The translations under genes were made by a program, and so were the position numbers. Source: Pelomyxa schiedti (taxonomy: Eukaryota > Protista > Evosea). From it: DNA of 64,000 nt. Within the stretch, counting starts at the first letter, position 1; each line of letters opens with the position of its first letter. Below are positions 38,446 to 50,000 of this stretch, in pieces. The stretch spans positions 51,596-115,595 of the forward strand of contig JAHLWZ010000193.1 of assembly GCA_020536535.1 (NCBI GenBank), read 5' to 3'. Below the pieces are notes generated by a model. The model was not told the DNA's origin and ran no database searches. It was given only the letters and a program-made list of their open reading frames with translations.

Positions 38446-40119
38446 ATGTTCTCCCGATTTTTCAATAAGAAGAATACCACACCGGACACAGCGTCTACGT
38501 CGACACCCTCCACCACCACGGGGTCATCGACTTCGTCAACCACCACTAACAACGAATCGCCCTCGCAAGCACCACCAGTCACCTCAGTTTCCGCATCCGC
38601 ATCCCCGTCCCCCTCCACGTCACCCCCTCCCACCACCAGTACCACTGTTTCACCTTCACTTACACCTACTCCTACAACATCGCACCCCTTGTCGTCCTCG
38701 GGGTCTAGTGTCAGCAGCACCCACACGTCCCCGTATTTCAGCAGCAGCAGCACTACCGGCCTTGGCGGCGGGTCGTCCTCTGGCTATGCATCCGGGTCGA
38801 TGTACACGGGTGTCCAGATAGTGGCGGCTCCTCCTCCTCCTCCTCCCTCCACCCCCACCTCCTCGTCTTCCTCTGTGCCCTCGTCGTTATCATCACCATC
38901 ATTCACGCCGTCATCCACTGTATCACCAAACACCGCCACCAACACCTCGTTTGTAGTCACTGGGCCCGCGGTCACCACAACGCCGACCACCACGACGCGG
39001 CCCACGTTGCCCCACCTGCCCCCGGCGTCGTCGACCACGTCGGCGTCCTCCCCGTACCACTACTCGTACGCTGCGGCGGGGCCCGCTGTGAGCCCCCCGG
39101 CGTCTGGGGGCTCGGTGACCAACCAGCAGCAGCAGCAGCAGCAGAGGAGCGCGTAAGGGCCACAGCCATATGGGTCGCAGGTGCAGCGCCCCGTGGCAGC
39201 TGCTACTCCTGCTTCGTCGTCGTCCTTGCCGCTGACGCTCGGGGGGAAAGGTGGAGGGGCGAGTTGTGAGTATGTGCCGCCGTTCTGGGAAATAAGAACA
39301 ACCAAGGAGGGCAGAAAGTGCGCGGTGTGGCTGGTTACGTGGTGTTGTGTAGTGCCGCAGTTGGATTATGGGGGCAGGGGCTTCTTTTTTTTTTTTTTAA
39401 TCTTACCCTTTTGATACCTTGTTTCTGTTGTTCTCTTATTAGATTCGTTGTCTAATACTCCCAGGTATTATGTGGACCACACATCAAAAGCCACTCATTG
39501 GCGTGTACCTTGGTAAGTGTTTTTCTAATTTGCATTGTCCTTTCACCACATTTTCCTCTTTTCAACTAATATATGTTGCCAGGATGCCTCCAGACTGGGA
39601 AATGTGGGTGGATAGAGGAAGGAATTTGCCTTTCTATGTGAATACCCGGACAAAAACCCCTCAGTGGAATCCACCAGTTCCCACCGGCTGGCGTCTACAG
39701 GTTTCTTTGTTTTGCACCAATGAGAGCCACTAATCTACCCAACACTAGTTCAACCCACAAGGCATTCCTTTTTACCTCGATGATGACAGCAATGTACACA
39801 ACTTTCATCCACTTAACCCTGCCGCTCCGCCAACGCCAGAGAAACCTTCAACATCCAACGCAGAGGCATCTTCGTCATCTTCATCTGGAGACACTGTAGA
39901 TGCATCAGCCGACATTGAAACAGTAAATCCCAATTCTCATGTTCATATTGGAATTAAATTGCCAAACAGAGTTGCAAGATATGCCTTGACCGGCCTGTCA
40001 ATGTTGTACTTCTTCGATGTGGACACTTGTGTGTATGCTCAGTATGTGCCGCTGTATTAAGAGACTGCCCCATATGCCGACAGAGAATTCAGGAAGTTGT
40101 GAAGGTGTTCCGGGCTTAA
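38446..40119 (+). CDS. WW-domain + C-terminal C3HC4 RING E3 ubiquitin ligase; contains an in-frame TAA at 39154
   Basis: WW motifs VPPFWEIRTTKEGRKYYVDHTSKATHWRVP and MPPDWEMWVD...FYVNTRTKTPQWNPP, plus a third WW-like unit; RING CKICLDRPVNVVLLRCGHLCVCSVCAAVLRDCPICR. Confidence 0.85.
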
Positions 40120-40174
40120 TTTTGAAAATGCAAAAATTTGTATTTACTCATTCATTCCAACTGTTATGTATTTC

Positions 40175-42562
40175 CTACACCAACAAAGTGCTTTTTTTTC
40201 TTGGCTTCAATGGCCCCTTCCCCTTTGGCTTTGCACTGCGAAGTGAGGTGCACCAGGAAAAACTTGAGGCATTTGTTGTGGTCCCAGCGGGGTATACGTG
40301 AATTGTGGGTATGTTGGTGGGTACAAAAGGGCCACACGAGAGTAGGGATTTGTGGGCTGCTGTGCTTGTTGTTGCTGGGATGCGCCAAGAGTGGAATCGG
40401 GAAGAATGGTGTGTGGAACTTGGAGTGGTAGCTGGACTGGGACTGGCCGGAAGGAGCACAGTCTGGGGTCTTGTTGGCTAGTTAAATTCGGAGATGGAGG
40501 TGAGCGGTAATTAGGGAATGCGGCGAGGTTCCACTGTGGTTGTGAGTACAGAAGCGTGTTGTCAGGTTGTGGTTGAGTGCGGGGTGAAGTGGTTGTGGTG
40601 GCTGCGGTACCTTCTGGGTAGCCTAGTATAAGGGGGGAAGCTCCGCGGAAGAATGAGTACTGGTTGGGGTTGGTGGGAAGGTGGGGTGATTGGGACTGAA
40701 GTTGTAGGTGCGGTGATTGGGTGCTGGCTGGAGTGTAGTCGGGGGGTTGCTTGCGGTCTACTGCTTGGTATTGAGCCTGAGAGGGTTTCAGTGAATCCGG
40801 GGAGGGCCGCGCCTGTAATGACGTGGAGTGTGAGGTATCGAGTTGTTTCTTTTGCGGTTGATTTTTGTCTGCTGTGGCTATTGAAGAGGTAAGACGGAAG
40901 CCACTGAGGTTTGTGGATTCCTTAGTTCTCTGTGAGGCATACTGAGGTGGTGAACTGAAGCCACCTTGAGGGAAGTGTTAATTTGGCACGTGAATGAGAG
41001 ACTCCACACCAACGGGACTTGAGCTTGGAACTGTACGAGATTGTAATAATTGGTTTTGAGATTCCTGTTTGCCACTTTCCACCCTTATGGGGTTGCAAGG
41101 ACCAGGAGATACAGGAGAATGGGTTGGTGATTGAAGATATGGTGGCGATACAGGTGAATGTGAGGGCCAATTTGGAGATATAGGTGAGGATGGTTGACTG
41201 TGCCTGAGAGGTGACACAGGTGACTGAGGGGGGCTGTTATCTTCATTTTCTGAAGGGTTCATGGGAAGGGTGTACTCAGGGGGAATCTTGGAATTGGTGA
41301 ATATATTCTGTTGGGCGGGTAAAATTTGGCTCATTATTTGATTTTGGGGATCAAGTAGGGACTTTTGGTACGCAAATGGTTTTTGTGCTTGCAAAACAGG
41401 ATATTGTAGCATAGTGAAGGGTACAAAGATATCGTCCTGCTGCATTAAATGAGGTAGAAGGTACTGGTCTTGTATCTATAGAAATTTGAGTGAACAAAAA
41501 AAAAAACTCGTTCCAACCTGTGGAGATTGTGTCTGTACCAGTAATTGTGGCTGTGATGGACTCTTGGATTGTGCAATTAATGAAGGGGATTGCGTGCTGG
41601 AAATCTGAGACTGTGAATGATGTGGCTGGAGTTGAGGTTGTTCCTGTTTCTGTGGTTGAAGACTCTTTGGTGATTGCCTTTTCGAGAGGTCATCTGATTC
41701 GTTGTTTAGAATAGGGTTCTTTGTGTTTAGTTCTTGTGGTTTTTTTTGACCTTCCTCTTGCTTTAGCTCCGCTTCCAGCAGAACCTACAGAAGTTACAAG
41801 CTTCACAATTGCCAAAATACCAACCTTTTTGAGAGCACAGAATAGCTTTGCTTTATTACCTTTAAACTTTTCTAGTAGCTTCTGTAGTTGTGCTATTGGT
41901 TTATCAAAAAGAGCAATACTGATTTAAAAAAAAATACCAATTTTTTCACTTGAATCCAAAGCAGATGAGTTTTCAGCCCCTCCTTGTGCGGCGTTCTCTC
42001 CGCCCTTCCCACAGTTTTCATTCCCATTAGTTTCGTTATGACCCTCGGCAACCAAGTTTTCGCCTTTGTGGGCCTCCTCGTCACTCCCACCCGCACCCGC
42101 ACCCGCACCACCGGCCCTTGTTCTCGATGTGGCACTGCCAGTCGCCTCGCCGTGTTCCCCGCTCTTGTCTCCCTGCTTCGCTTCCGTCTCCTCTGCTCCC
42201 TGCGCCCCATCCCCGCTCGCATTGCCGCCGTCCCTCCGTGTTGTCTCCTCTGCCCCCTTGGCTGCCTCCTCCTTCTCCGTTGCCCCATCGCCTCCCCTGC
42301 CCCCCGTGGCCGCCGCGCCCTTGCTCTCGCTCGCTAGGTCGCCGCCGTCGGCTCGCCCCCCCTCCCCTGGGGTGTTGCTCCGTTGTTGTTGTCGTTGCTG
42401 TTGCTGTTGCCTCATAGACGCCATCTGCAGTCTCCTGGCCTCGGCTGCGTGCCTCTTCAGTTCCAGCGCGTGCTCCCGTACCATATACACCACCGTGGCT
42501 CCTGGTGCTGTGGGTACTAGCAGCGCCCCGCTGCCCCCATGCCCCCGCCCTCCCTTACTCAT
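40175..42562 (-). CDS. Hypothetical low-complexity (Q/P/S/T-rich) protein, multi-exon, 3' end uncertain
   Basis: Consecutive minus-strand ORFs (41924-42562, 40978-41445, 40175-40459) separated by GT-AG introns with poly-T tracts; no domain recognised. Confidence 0.55.
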
Positions 42563-42630
42563 TCCCGCGGCTTCTCACTTGGAGGTTTTTTTTTTTTGTT
42601 TGGAAATCGGCAATTTTTCTTTTTTTTTTT

Positions 42631-43613
42631 CTATAGAATAGTACAACCACCACCGCCGCAGTCACAACCGCCACCGCCGCAGTCGCCGCCGCCGCAGCCG
42701 CCGCAGTCGCAGTTGCCGCAGTCACCACAGCCATCACAGCTGCCGCAGTTGCCACAGTCACAGAGTTTCCCACAGTCACAATCACAGTTGCCACAGTCAC
42801 ATTTTCCACAGTCACCACAGTCGCACTTGCCACAGTCTCCACAGCCATGGCAGTCACAGCACTTGCCGCACTCGCAGCAGCCGGCGGATCCACAGTTTCC
42901 GCAGTCACACTTGCCGCAGTCGCCGCAATCGCACTTTCCACAGTCGTGGCAGCACCCGTCCTTGCAGCATCCATCCTTGCAACAGCCATCCCGGCAGCAC
43001 TCTCCCTTGCAGCAGCCATCACAGGAGCAGCCAGAACAGTCACAGTTGCCGCAGTTAGTGTGTTTGCAGCACTCGTCACAGTGGCAGTCACAACAATCAC
43101 CCCCTTGGCAACATAAGTCCCCGCCGCAGTTGCACTGGCAGCAGCCGGATTTGCAGCAATGGTCGCAGTTACAGCAGTGTTCATTTCCTGAACAGTCACA
43201 GCAGCATACGCACCTGGTTTCCAGTTTATTTGTGGTTTTTTTTTTTGTTCACTCAAATTTCTATAGATACAANNNNNNNNNNNNNNNNNNNNNNNNNNNN
43301 NNNNNNNNNNNNNNNNNNNNNNNNNNNNNNNNNNNNNNNNNNNNNNNNNNNNNNNNNNNNNNNNNNNNNNNNACACATACCCAGGATCACTGCCCTTTGG
43401 GGTACAAGGTCCACAGTAGTAGTAAGGGCCGTAACAGTAACAAGGAGAGGAATCACAAACACAAGCGGTCCCTCTCTTTTTATGTACTAGGGTGGCACTG
43501 GGCGCGGAGTTTGTACTAGTATCGGGACCAGCACTAGGGGCCGTTGTAGTGGTATTGGGATCGACGTTTGTGTATGTCATCTCTACGGCCACGGGCATTG
43601 GTTGTACCTCCAT
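42631..43613 (-). CDS. Ultra Cys-rich metallothionein-like protein with C-terminal CaaX (CTIL), two exons, ~271 aa
   Basis: Exon 1 (43613-43381) ends at a GTATGT donor in phase 2. Exon 2 (43213-42631) reads CVCCCDCSGNEHCCNC...CGKCDCGDCGKCDC...GGGGCTIL*. This frame is not in the ORF track. Confidence 0.8.
43273..43372. other. Assembly gap (100 N) inside the intron of the Cys-rich gene
   Basis: Run of N. Confidence 1.
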
Positions 43614-43685
43614 CGTTGCTGTGGGGTACACGTAATTTACGGTTCCTGTGCCCTACTTGATATCAGTACATTACGTTGTTCGACC

Positions 43686-45709
43686 ATGGGTAAACCTCTG
43701 CGGCATACACCACCGGTTGTTCAACCATTTTTCGCCAAATTTTTTCTGAAGGAAAGTAGCAACTCAGACTCGCGCCAGCTAGTGTCGCAGTGGATCCACT
43801 TTATCATACTCTCTCCAGTGAACTCCTGTATTTGTTTCGGCCAGGTTGCTGGGATCGCCAGTCGGGGATTTTGTGGCGAGTATTTTTTTTCTTCTCGCAG
43901 ATGCGCCGGGTAACACACCCCGAAGAGCAGAAAGAAAGATACACAGACACCACTAGTGTCGGGAAGCGACGTAGTCATTGGCCTGTGGAGAGGGAATCGT
44001 ACCTTGAAAGCAATAGCCGGGACTCCGTATCGAACTCAGTCGGCCTTATTATTGTATACAACATCAACATTCTTACTTCGAGGCTGGTGTTAATGTGGAA
44101 TTGTAGGCTGTTTGGATAGCCAATGTACTCATGGACAACTACATCAATAAGGGGAAGTTGGTGGACTTCTCCCTACTGTGGTACCTGTTAGAGGACCTAC
44201 ACATTGCTTGTGCCTTGAATGTAGCTTTCTTCCTCTACACATTGTTGGCATGTTATACCTTGGTCAAGCTCATTGCCCACGGAGTCATAAGAGGTTTCAA
44301 CTGGGTCGCCTACACACTCTATGCCATTCTCCAAGTGACACTTATTGCGGTAGTGATTATCTCTTTTCAGCTTTTCTTAATTGCGTTTTGAAGGGTCCCG
44401 TATTTGTCCTTTACTTGGTGAATCCCGATTGGCGTCCTCTTTGCGCAATCTCATCTACAATGCAAACAGCCGTCTTCAGCATGAAAGCACATTCATATTT
44501 TTTTACCAATCGGCATATATATGAGTACATTCATGCCCTCTCTCGTACAGACAGAGACATTGGGCCTCCTGAAAGACTGGGACTGAAAGGAGTGATTTTC
44601 GGGCAAAAGCTATCCACGGTAAACCATAGTGATTTAGAGATTATTTCACATTACCCTAAATTAGGTTGAACGAGCAAATCGCTTCAATGGCATTACAAAA
44701 TTCAGGTATTTCCCTTTTCAATCACAAGTGATTTATGTATGACAAGCTGTTTCTGGAAGTTCATGATTTATCCTACATTGTGCTATTATTTGGAGTATCC
44801 TGTACTAGAGCATATCTCCAAACGGAAATTGGTGCTTCATGCATCACAATCCGCTGTTTCCTTCTTTATTTCCTACGTGTGTCTGGTTAATGTTTGTATT
44901 CCTGCATGGAGAACAATTTTGGACAGGCCAGTGGTTGCACTTGTTAGAACCCTAATACCCGGTGTGCAACTCTCTACCTTCTTGGAATCTAAATGATGTC
45001 TAGGCTTTGTCATCTGGATGTCAATGTTCTTTGGGGTCTTCCATGGGTTACTCAACTTGGTTGCTGAGGTAATATCTCTTCATTGGCACTTCAAGTTTTA
45101 ATCATTTTTACAAATCCAGATTGTACGTTATGGAGATAGACGTTTTTATGGGGCCTGGTGGGAATGTCGTGATATGCAAAGCTGGTGGAAGGAATGGAAC
45201 TGCTGTGTTTCGTATAAGAACCCTTTTGTCTCCAAAGACGAACTTACTTTGTAGGGATTGGATGCGACGACACATGTATTTCCAGAGTATTCAAGTTGTT
45301 TAGTTTCCATGTATGTGGTTAGCTCATCTTTACGACTCAGGACGCCAAATTCACATCATGGTGGGCCATGTCATCTGTCTTCACTGTCAGTGCACTGTGG
45401 CATGAAGTTGTCCCTTCACACAACCCAAGCTAATTTTCTTTTATTTAGTGGATACTTATGTTAGCTCTGAGGCAGCTACGGCCCATTCTGTCCTCTCTTA
45501 TTCTTGGACAAATAGTACTCATTGCAGTTACAAGTCACCCGATTTTCCGAAACACTAGGCTTGGGAACCTTGTCATTTGGTTTGCATTTGTTGTTGGCTA
45601 CCCCCTCGTTCTGAACTTGTATGCCTTTTCCTGGTTAGTGAGACCTCTCTTTTTTCATTTTTCACCAAACAAAAGGTGCTACAGCAATCCAACTATTTGC
45701 CACTCCTAA
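43686..45709 (+). CDS. MBOAT sterol/diacylglycerol O-acyltransferase (ACAT/DGAT1 family), multi-exon
   Basis: MKAHSY, FMIYPTLCYYLEYP, FHGLLNLVAEIVRYGDRRFYGAWW, WWKEWN..VSDWMRRHMY, SALWHE (catalytic His), LGNLVIW. Confidence 0.92.
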
Positions 45710-45852
45710 ACCCATTTGCACAAAACGAAAAACTCCATTACCCTCCCGCCCTTTCACTGTTATTCTGTCATTCTTGTTCTCGCTCTGAGAGCCTCGGAGG
45801 GAATGCCTCCAAATTTAGTGCGGAAACAGACCATTCCTTGTAGTTGATTTTC

Positions 45853-46968
45853 CGGCAAAACATTTCGTTTTGCCCTTTTTTCTGTTTTTAGTTGCTCTCC
45901 AAACTTCAACCTTTTTAATGCGACGTTTCTTTCCCAAACCTCAACAAAAAAATGAGTCGAGGTAGTGCCACATTGTTGAGGGTACCTGCTTACTTCTGTC
46001 CTCTCTGCAACAGGTTGATGGAGAACCCCACAACGGCGAGCGACGGGTTCACCTATGAGAGAGATGTGTTGGACAACCATCTCCGACATCACGGAAAGAG
46101 CCCAATGACGGGTGAAGATTTACACCCGTATATCATGATCCCCAACAGAGCTCTACGGTGCGCCATCCAGAGCTATCAAGAAAAGAGAACGGGGATTGTA
46201 GATCTAGGCGATACCCTTATTGCAGCTCGGCGTTTACTTCAGCTTGAACACGAAGAATACATGCGCTGTCTTGCAGCCAAAGAGTTTGATGCTGCGTTGG
46301 CACTCTTGCACAAGGTGCATGATGAATGTGAAGACAAACACCGACTCTGTATCATGCTTGGAGAATTCGTTGCGGCCCAAAATCGTCTACTTGCTCTACG
46401 GGAAGAAGGCCTGGAACATCTCTACTCTGGCAGAACTGACGAAGCTCTGGCAGTGTTCCACCAATTTTTGAGTGAGAAACCAGAAGATGCTTATGTTCTC
46501 GCCTATGTCGCTCAAGGGTATGAAATGAGAGGTCAATACGTAGAAGCGATTCAGTATTACGCCGCGGCGCTATACATGGGTATGCACAATCCAAATTCAC
46601 ATTTACTTAAATTACGATACTAACAAGGTTTTACAAAGCAGCACAGTTAGGCTCCGGCGGACATCTTACCGCAACAGAGGTACACTCTTTGCTCCAAACT
46701 TTTTATACTAACGTGAACAAGGGGAACCTCGAAGTTCCTCCCCCTACAACAGTTGGGAGGTGGAAGAATAAGTGTGATCTTTTGTTGGAGAGGTGCAAGT
46801 GTGATTCAGAGTTCACGCAAGCCCTGTAATAATTACGAAACATGTTGAAGTGTTTTTCACGGGGAATTAAACTGTAGTTAGCCTGGCATCCTTGTGCAGG
46901 GTGCCGGGGTTACGAAATTCCCATCACAGCTATTTATAGGGAAGAGGGCAAAACGAAATGTTCCGCCG
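45853..46968. repeat. Inverted repeat pair flanking the U-box/TPR gene (exact 18-bp core, 24/27 when extended)
   Basis: AACATTTCGTTTTGCCCT at 45859-45876; its reverse complement AGGGCAAAACGAAATGTT at 46945-46962. Confidence 0.85.
45952..46829 (+). CDS. U-box + TPR protein (E3 ligase-like), spliced at the 3' end
   Basis: VPAYFCPLCNRLMENPTTASDGFTYERDVL...SPMTGEDL...IPNRALRCAI; TPR-like GLEHLYSGRTDEALAVF and AQGYEMRGQYVEAIQYY. Confidence 0.85.
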
Positions 46969-47016
46969 ACGTGAAAACACATAAGTTTTTCTCTTGGCAA
47001 ACTACAACAAAAACAA

Positions 47017-50000
47017 ATGGGACTTTCCCTTACCGTAGTATCTCTGTGTGCAGTCCTCGTTCACGCTTCATCAGTACACTGGAAAGAGGACAAAGCCTTT
47101 GGATTATGGACTGATTCTTCGAAGTAATTAACATCAAATTGAACAACACTAACGCTCTCAGTTGGGAAGGAAACGCGGTGCCTGAACCGGGTGACGATGT
47201 GATAGTTTCATCTAACGCCGATATCGGTCTTCCTTACGAGCATATCAATGTGTGGTCTCTCACTACCACAAATGGACGTGTACGTGTTTCCAATGGGACT
47301 CTGTATCTGACTGAGGTCCTCCCTCCTTCATAATTATCCTTAGTGTTAATACAATAAAGAACTTGTCTATTCAAAGTACTTCTAGTCTAGTTGTTGTTGC
47401 GGCCACAGTCCACAGTGACTATACGGTAATCAATGGAACACTCAGCGTGTATAACGGTTCTCTGGAATCCAGTGTTACACTGTCACTCTCTGCTCATCTT
47501 GATTTGCATGGAGCTCTTCTGCAACCTTCCCTCCTGTCGTACGGGAACACATCTTGTGACGCCTCTTTCATCGGCAGTGCAACCAATTTCCATTTAATGT
47601 CTGGGAATGGGTGCCGTTTTATCTCGCTGACCAACTTTGGCTCTCTATATCTGGCTGGAAACTATTCAATGACTCTCTTGTATCAACATGGTGACTCTTT
47701 GGGTCCAGGCTATCTCATTGCTGAGACCGCTTCTGTGAGTACTGGAAGTTTTCATTCAGGATTTCTAGCAGCCCAAGTAGAAATTACAATGAAGTGCAGC
47801 ACCCACAATAGGTCGCTAATAGGGGGGATAGATGGTGGGCTGCTAGAAAATTTTGGATCTTTGGAAATAACTGAAAGGGGGTATCTGACATCTGTTACAA
47901 TCCATAACTTCAACACCCTGGCCATTGCGCAGGATGCGGTATTGACTGGCTCTACTTTGATAAACTCAAATATTACTGAAATTGGCCAAAGCTCCAGTAT
48001 TGCTTCTTCCATCATTGTCAATCAGGTGGGTTGTGTCCTCTCCGTGATATCGGCTTCTTCAGAAAGTTCTCAAATCCACAATTATGGGCTTCTGACAACT
48101 ACTGGAGAAACGTATCTTTCCTATTTAGCAAATAATGGCTCTGTGCAAATTTTGGATGGAGTGCTGACGTGGAATGGAGAAAATAATGCTGAGGTACACA
48201 TCGTAGGTGTTTTGAAGGGCTCAGTCTCTCTCAGAAATAACTCTATTGTCGATGGGCCAGGGCTCCTTTCCTTTACTAGTGTCAGCGTACAGGCTGCTGG
48301 TTTATGTTTTTCTCAACTTCAGATAATATCTTCCTCAATTGTTGTTTCCACAAATTGGAACTTATCTGGATCCGTCGAAATCGTGAGCTCAGATCTTTCA
48401 GGCGGGGGTCTTGTACTGATTCCCAGTGATCTTTCAATTGAAACTTCTGCCTTAAGTGTTGATATGGTATGTCAAGGAAGTTCTTACTTACAGGGGGAGA
48501 TCACCATTTCACGGACTATAGCTTGCTCCGAGCAGTGCACAATGACTTTAGATTCTGCTTATCTGAAAAGTGGTAGCTCTAATGGACAGATTATTTCTAA
48601 TGGGACAGTTCAACAATTGCTTCCCTGCGATTCATATTTTTATGTGCCGTTGTACGGCACTGGATCAGTTCACGTTCAACACGGAAACCTTTACATTGCT
48701 TCCGGTGGCATATGCCATCAAATCAATGTGGATATTGGCATCGATGCTGAGCTACATATCATCTCGGACTGCAGCCTCTTTGACTCCAGTATTAGTGGGC
48801 AAGGCCGTATTCTTGTTGCCTCAGCAAGGTTTTATTCCGTTAATGTTTCGTGTAATATGGTGAATACAGGCACACTTCTTCTATCCGTAGTGCATTGTTT
48901 TTATCCAGTCACTCTTAGTGGTATCTATCAAGGAATGGCCAATAACTCCATCCTTATTCTTCATTCCGGAGCCTCCATTGTAGCTTCAGTGCGATTCTCT
49001 GAAATCTCTGTAACAAACTTCGGAACTTTAACATATACCGCTGGGAATTTTATTCTACAACGGTCTCAAGTGAATAACTATGGGGTGCTATCCTCCTCAA
49101 GCACCATTGCACAGCTTGGGGAAACCAGTAAAATACTGAATATTGGGACCTGCAAGCTCTGGTCTTCCTATATACAGTGTACATTTGAAAATCCCGGACA
49201 AATACTTGCTGAAAGTGGCAGCTCTTATATTTCCGCATTAATATCCACTGGAATTGTTGATGTTAAGGCGAAGGCATCTCTTGAACTGGTCAGTGCAAAT
49301 CTTAGCAGTACCAATACTCTCCGTGGAGCTGGAAGTGTCATTCTCACTGGGTCTAAGACTTTATTCTCCGGAACCACACACATCAGCAGTGCAATTTTAA
49401 ATTCCTCTACAACCATTGCTAATATCACAATTTATTCTTCTGTTGAATGGGGAGGAGGAAAATTAAGTGGACTGGTGGTTACCTATGGTGACCTCCGTTT
49501 GGTTGGTGACAACCACGAATGCCTCAACTGTACAATACTGATTAAAACTGGGTCCCTTCACATCAACGGTTCCTTTACTCTCTCTGGGTACAGTCATATT
49601 TATAATATTGCTGGCATATTGGTTTTGAATTCATGCATTGTCAGCAACCCAGATAGGACTGCAAGCATAGAGAACAATAAAACTATTGATATCCCTGTTG
49701 GTGTCTCTGCAGTAGTTAATGCACTACTTATTAATAATGGGACAATCAACATGCAAGGGAATGCTACTTTTGGAGGAGGAGGCATAAATAAGAATGCGTG
49801 CCGGCTTTCCAGTAATTCTTACCTCTCTATTTTGGGTAGTACCTTCGTGTTTCAAAATACTTCTGCCCTGACCGGCGGCGGATTTTTCATTGTGGCTACC
49901 TCTTGCTTCTTAAGTGGTCTGGTATCTGTTCAAGTGCAAATACACTCATATCTTGCCGTTTCAGGGGTGTATTTTTTAGATAAAGTTCTTTTAATTACTG

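Noticed and set aside
42539-43519. 326-aa P/Q/S-rich + strand ORF and 358-aa A/T/V-rich - strand ORF
   Set aside because: Both run through poly-T/A and the N gap. They are shadow frames of the spliced Cys-rich CaaX gene.
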